DNA of 49,816 nucleotides. Origin: Christensenellales bacterium (GTDB lineage Bacteria > Bacillota > Clostridia > Christensenellales > UBA1750). Positions 46,040 to 49,816 of this stretch are shown here, one piece after another (positions within the stretch are counted from its first letter, which is position 1; every line of letters begins with the position of its first letter). The DNA lies in NCBI GenBank assembly GCA_050309765.1, contig JBNRMU010000051.1, positions 1 to 49,816 on the forward strand, given 5' to 3'. Below the pieces are notes generated by a model. It was not told the DNA's origin. It saw only the letters and a list, made by a program, of their open reading frames with translations, and ran no database searches. Position numbers and translations under genes: made by a program.

Positions 46040-49000
46040 CTACGCAAGGCGCACATTTTCCCTGCCGAGCAGCTGCGCAGCCTGTTCCAGCAGCTGTGCA
46101 TCCGGTTCCACGAACTTTTCCTTGGGCAGGACATAGGTCTTGCCGTCGGAGACCACGCGCACCTGGCAGGAACCGGGCGAGGTTTCCAGCAGCTTCATGA
46201 CCTCCGGCATCTGTGCGGCGCGGCTCAGGCGCAGATACAGCCGCTGCTCCTTTGCCGGCAGCTCCGCCAGGGGGGCGGCGTTTTCCACCACGATGCTGGG
46301 CGGCTTTTCCTCGCGCAGGGATAGCCTGCCGCTGAGCATCACGGCGCTGTCCACCTGCAGATAGCGGCTCAGGCGCTCATACACCTTGGGGAATACCAGC
46401 GCTTCGATGCTGGCGTAAAAGTCCTCCACGCGAAGGAAGCACATCAGCGCGTTGTTGCGCGTCGTCACAAGGCGCGACTCCAGCACGATGGCACCGATCT
46501 GTACCGGGATGCCGTCGTACTTCTGCCAGTCCTCTTCCTCGGCATACTGTATAAGCTGACCGATGTTCTGGCTCTGCCTGTGCAAAACATCGGCGTATTC
46601 GTCCAAAGGGTGGCCGCTGATATAAACGCCGGTCATTTCCTTTTCCATCATCAGGAGCAGCCTTTTCGGGTGCTCGGGGAGCCTGGGTAGCGGCGCGCGC
46701 TCCACCTGCACCTGGCCCATCAGGTCGCCGAAGAGGCTCAGCTGCCCGTCCAGGGCGTTTTTGCCGCGCTGCGCGGCGCCATCCAGCGCCCGCTCGTACA
46801 CGCTCAGCTTCTGGGCGCGGTTGCCGGGCAGGCTGTCCATGCCGCCCGCCTTGATAAGGCACTCGACGCACTTTTTGTTGATGCCCTTGGGCGCCATGCG
46901 GTCGCAGAAATCATACAGATCGCTGAAGGGGCGCTCGCGCCGTTCCTTTTCGATTGCCTGCACCACGGCCAGGCCTGCACCCTTGAGCGCCGCCATGCCA
47001 TAGCGTATGCTGCCGTTTTCCACCGTGAACCTGGCGGAGGACTTGTTTACATCCGGCGGCAGGATCGGGATGCCGCTCTTTTTACAGTACTGCACAAAGC
47101 TCGCCAGCTTGTCCGAATTACCCACGACGGAGTTCATGCAGGCCGCCATAAAGGGCACGGGATAATGGCATTTAAGGTAGGCTGTCTGGTAGGCCACCAC
47201 CGCGTAGGAGGCGGCGTGCGGCTTGTTAAAGGCGTACTGGGCAAAGCTCTCCATCTGGGAGAAGACCTCCAGTGCGACCTCCTTGGAGGTGCCGAGCCGC
47301 ACCGCTCCGGGCACGATGATCTTGCCATCCTCCACTAGGCCGTCCACAAAGATGGCTTTTTCCTTGTCCATCTCGGCCTTTTTCTTCTTGGCCATGGCGC
47401 GGCGGACCAGGTCGCTGCGACCCATGGAATAGCCCGCCATGTCGCGCACGATCTGCATGACCTGCTCCTGGTAGACCATGCAGCCGTAGGTGACCTTTAA
47501 CACGTTTTCCAGTATGGGCGAAAGATAGGTCACGGTGGAGGGGTCCTTTTTGCCGCGGATATAGCGGGGGATGGACTCCATGGGACCGGGGCGGTACAGC
47601 GAGATCACGGCAGACACATCCTCCAGGGATTCGGGGCCCAGCTCCGTGATCACGCGGCGCATGCCCGCAGATTCCAGCTGGAATACGCCGTCCGTCTCGC
47701 CCTTGGCGAGCATCTCGTAGGTTTCTTTATCCTCGTAGCCGATCTCGTTGAAGTCCAGGGCCGGGCCGCCGTCTGCCTTGATCATCTCGATGGCATCCTT
47801 GATGATGGTCAGCGTCCGGAGACCAAGGAAATCCATCTTGAGCAGGCCCAACTTTTCGATGGTACCCATGGGGAACTGGGTGGTGATCACGTCGTCGTTG
47901 GTCTGCAGGGGCACAAAGTCCGTCAAAGGCTGTGCGCCGATCACCACGCCGGCGGCATGGGTGCTGGCATGGCGGGGCATGCCCTCCAGCACCAGGGCAT
48001 ATTCAAACAGCTTGTGCACGTTATCGTTGTTCTCGCGCATGGCGCGCAGCTCGGGTGAGAGCTCCAGCGCCTTTTCCAGCGTCATGCCCAGCTGCATGGG
48101 GATGAGCTTGGCGATCTCGTCCACCTCGGCATAGGACATGCCCAGCACGCGGCCCACGTCGCGCACCACCGCGCGCGCAGCCATGGTGCCGAAGGTGATG
48201 ATCTGGGAGACCCGATCCTCGCCGTAGCGGCGCACCACGTAATCGATGACCTCCTGCCGGCGCTCATAGCAAAAGTCGATGTCGAAGTCCGGCATGGAGA
48301 TGCGCTCGGGGTTCAGGAAGCGCTCAAAGATCAGGTCGAACTTGAGCGGGTCTATGTCGGTAATGGTCAGGGCATAGGCGCAGATGGAGCCGGCACCGCT
48401 GCCGCGGCCGGGGCCCACGGGGATATCGTTCTCCTTGGCAAAGCGCACAAAGTCCCAAACGATCAGGAAATAATCCACATAGCCGCATTTTTCGATGACG
48501 GAAAGCTCGTATTCCAGGCGTTCCAGCACCTGGCCTTCCACCTTGCCGTAGCGCTTTTGCGCGCCCTCAAAACAGAGCTTGCGCAGGTACTCGGCATGGC
48601 TGCCGCCGCCCGGCACGGGAAAGTCCGGCAGGTGGTAGTGGCCGAACTCAAAGTCCACCTTGCAGCGCATGGCGATGTCGTGCGCGTTTTGGATGGCCTC
48701 CGGCGCCTCGGGGAACAGGGCGGCCATCTCTTCCTCGGATTTTAAATACAGCTGGTCGGTGTTCATCCCCATGCGGTTCTCGTCCTGCAGGGTCTTGCCC
48801 GTCTGGATGCACATGAGCACTTCCTGCGCGGCGGCGTCCTTCTGGTGGATGTAATGCACATCGTTGGTGGCAACCAGGGGAATGTCCAGCTCTTTGGACA
48901 TCTGGATCAGGGCGCTTGCGACCTCGCGCTCGCCCTCGATGCCGTGATCCTGCAATTCCAGGTAGTAGTTGCCCTTGCCCATCATGGCCTCGTACTTGCG

Positions 49001-49471
49001 GGCAAGCGCCTTGGCGTCCTCCATCTGACCGTTTAAGATCAGACGGGGAATTTCGCCGGACAGGCAGGCGGAAAGGGCGATCAGGCCCTTGGAATGCTGC
49101 TGCAAAAGCTCATGGTCGATGCGGGGGCGGTAGTAGTACCCTTGTGTAAAGCCGGCGGATACCAGCTTGATCAAGTTCTGGTAGCCCTCCTGCGTTTCGC
49201 ACAGCAGGATCAAGTGGGCGCTTTCGCGGTTGCTGTTGTCCTTGTCGAAACGGGAGCCGGTGGCCACATACACTTCGCAGCCGATGATCGGATGGATGCC
49301 GGCCTCCTTGCAGAGGGAGTAAAAATCCACCACGCCGTACATCACGCCGTGGTCGGTGATGGCCAGGGAGTCCATGCCCATCTCCTTGGCGCGCTGCACC
49401 AGGGGCTTGAGGCGGCAGGCGCCGTCCAGCAAAGAGTATTCCGTATGCAGATGCAGATGGGTAAACGCCAT
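46040..49471 (-). CDS. dnaE: DNA polymerase III alpha subunit (mirror copy)
   Basis: Exact mirror of 346..3777. Confidence 0.93.
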   Translation of the reverse strand: MAFTHLHLHTEYSLLDGACRLKPLVQRAKEMGMDSLAITDHGVMYGVVDFYSLCKEAGIHPIIGCEVYVATGSRFDKDNSNRESAHLILLCETQEGYQNLIKLVSAGFTQGYYYRPRIDHELLQQHSKGLIALSACLSGEIPRLILNGQMEDAKALARKYEAMMGKGNYYLELQDHGIEGEREVASALIQMSKELDIPLVATNDVHYIHQKDAAAQEVLMCIQTGKTLQDENRMGMNTDQLYLKSEEEMAALFPEAPEAIQNAHDIAMRCKVDFEFGHYHLPDFPVPGGGSHAEYLRKLCFEGAQKRYGKVEGQVLERLEYELSVIEKCGYVDYFLIVWDFVRFAKENDIPVGPGRGSGAGSICAYALTITDIDPLKFDLIFERFLNPERISMPDFDIDFCYERRQEVIDYVVRRYGEDRVSQIITFGTMAARAVVRDVGRVLGMSYAEVDEIAKLIPMQLGMTLEKALELSPELRAMRENNDNVHKLFEYALVLEGMPRHASTHAAGVVIGAQPLTDFVPLQTNDDVITTQFPMGTIEKLGLLKMDFLGLRTLTIIKDAIEMIKADGGPALDFNEIGYEDKETYEMLAKGETDGVFQLESAGMRRVITELGPESLEDVSAVISLYRPGPMESIPRYIRGKKDPSTVTYLSPILENVLKVTYGCMVYQEQVMQIVRDMAGYSMGRSDLVRRAMAKKKKAEMDKEKAIFVDGLVEDGKIIVPGAVRLGTSKEVALEVFSQMESFAQYAFNKPHAASYAVVAYQTAYLKCHYPVPFMAACMNSVVGNSDKLASFVQYCKKSGIPILPPDVNKSSARFTVENGSIRYGMAALKGAGLAVVQAIEKERRERPFSDLYDFCDRMAPKGINKKCVECLIKAGGMDSLPGNRAQKLSVYERALDGAAQRGKNALDGQLSLFGDLMGQVQVERAPLPRLPEHPKRLLLMMEKEMTGVYISGHPLDEYADVLHRQSQNIGQLIQYAEEEDWQKYDGIPVQIGAIVLESRLVTTRNNALMCFLRVEDFYASIEALVFPKVYERLSRYLQVDSAVMLSGRLSLREEKPPSIVVENAAPLAELPAKEQRLYLRLSRAAQMPEVMKLLETSPGSCQVRVVSDGKTYVLPKEKFVEPDAQLLEQAAQLLGRENVRLA

Positions 49472-49507
49472 GACTTCTCCCTCCCCTATTCCATAGTGAA
49501 TACCTAA

Positions 49508-49536
49508 ATCATACGCTAAAAAATGCCCAAATACAA
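49508..49536 (-). promoter_or_regulatory. Candidate dnaE promoter (mirror copy)
   Basis: Exact mirror of 281..309. Confidence 0.4.
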
Positions 49537-49603
49537 GCTTAATAATGTATGACAGCGCACAATGTGCCCGTTTGCTTTGGCGCCTGATGCGCATTTTGCC
49601 GCA

Positions 49604-49648
49604 ATAAAACAAACAGGGTCCGGTCCCTGCATGCGGAACCGAACCCTG
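49604..49648 (-). terminator. tuf terminator (mirror copy)
   Basis: Exact mirror of 169..213. Confidence 0.7.
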
Positions 49649-49679
49649 CGCTTGCGGCTTTACGCCGTTTTTGTTTTGC

Positions 49680-49816
49680 TTACTCGATGACCTTGGAAAC
49701 AACGCCGGAGCCAACCGTGCGGCCGCCCTCGCGGATAGCGAAGCGCAGGCCTTCCTCAATGGCGATAGGCGTGATCAGCTTGATCGTCATCTTGATGTTG
49801 TCGCCAGGCATTACCA
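49680..49816 (-). CDS. tuf: Elongation factor Tu 3' end (mirror copy)
   Basis: Exact mirror of 1..137. Confidence 0.9.
   Translation of the reverse strand, partial: VMPGDNIKMTIKLITPIAIEEGLRFAIREGGRTVGSGVVSKVIE

Larger units (their letters stand above)
24909..49816 (-). repeat. Right arm of the same inverted repeat; reverse complement of 1..24908
   Basis: Same evidence as the left arm. No mismatch seen in any mirrored ORF translation or spot-checked intergenic stretch. Confidence 0.97.

Noticed and set aside
1-49816. Hairpin-telomere linear replicon, or phage or plasmid with a telomere-resolvase site at the axis
   Set aside because: The content is chromosomal housekeeping genes, with no protelomerase, partition, replication-initiator or phage genes. 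The axis bisects a protein-coding gene and lacks an extended AT-rich resolvase-type site. It cannot be excluded without reads, so it is kept only as a minor alternative in finding 1.
1-49816. Composite transposon or IS element with giant terminal inverted repeats
   Set aside because: There is no transposase, integrase or recombinase ORF anywhere, and no unique cargo between the repeats (zero spacer).

Overview
The main result is structural. The whole 49,816-bp window is one perfect inverted repeat with no spacer, so base x pairs with base 49817-x and the axis lies between 24908 and 24909. Only about 24.9 kb is unique sequence, and every gene appears twice in mirror orientation. The unique content is ordinary chromosomal core genome of a high-GC, Clostridia-like Firmicute (my inference from GGAGG ribosome-binding sites and ylbK/ylbM/ylbN-rpmF-type gene order). 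In left-arm order it holds: tuf 3' end, dnaE, a small hypothetical gene, pfkA, an MBL-fold hydrolase, a membrane-anchored clostripain-family (C11) peptidase, an SDR gene translationally coupled to a serine-palmitoyltransferase-like alpha-oxoamine synthase, a DUF4340-like membrane protein, a three-gene sugar ABC importer (lipoprotein binding protein plus two permeases, no ATPase), rpmF, yceD, ackA, pta, tmcAL (ylbM), a RidA-like gene, a HEAT-repeat gene, a small Cys/His hypothetical gene, and a YlbK-like patatin phospholipase. The axis cuts a divergently transcribed gene after 24 codons of a signal-peptide-like N-terminus, and essential single-copy genes are duplicated. I therefore think a fold-back chimera from assembly or library preparation is most likely, not an evolved system, but this should be tested against raw reads. 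The most interesting gene-level candidate is the SPT-like synthase plus SDR operon, which could make a sphingoid- or capnoid-type amino-alcohol lipid, unexpected in this lineage. I found no rRNA, tRNA, CRISPR array, transposase or integrase. All calls rest on reading the sequence and ORF track and on remembered family motifs. No database search was run, and start codons are inferred from ribosome-binding sites.
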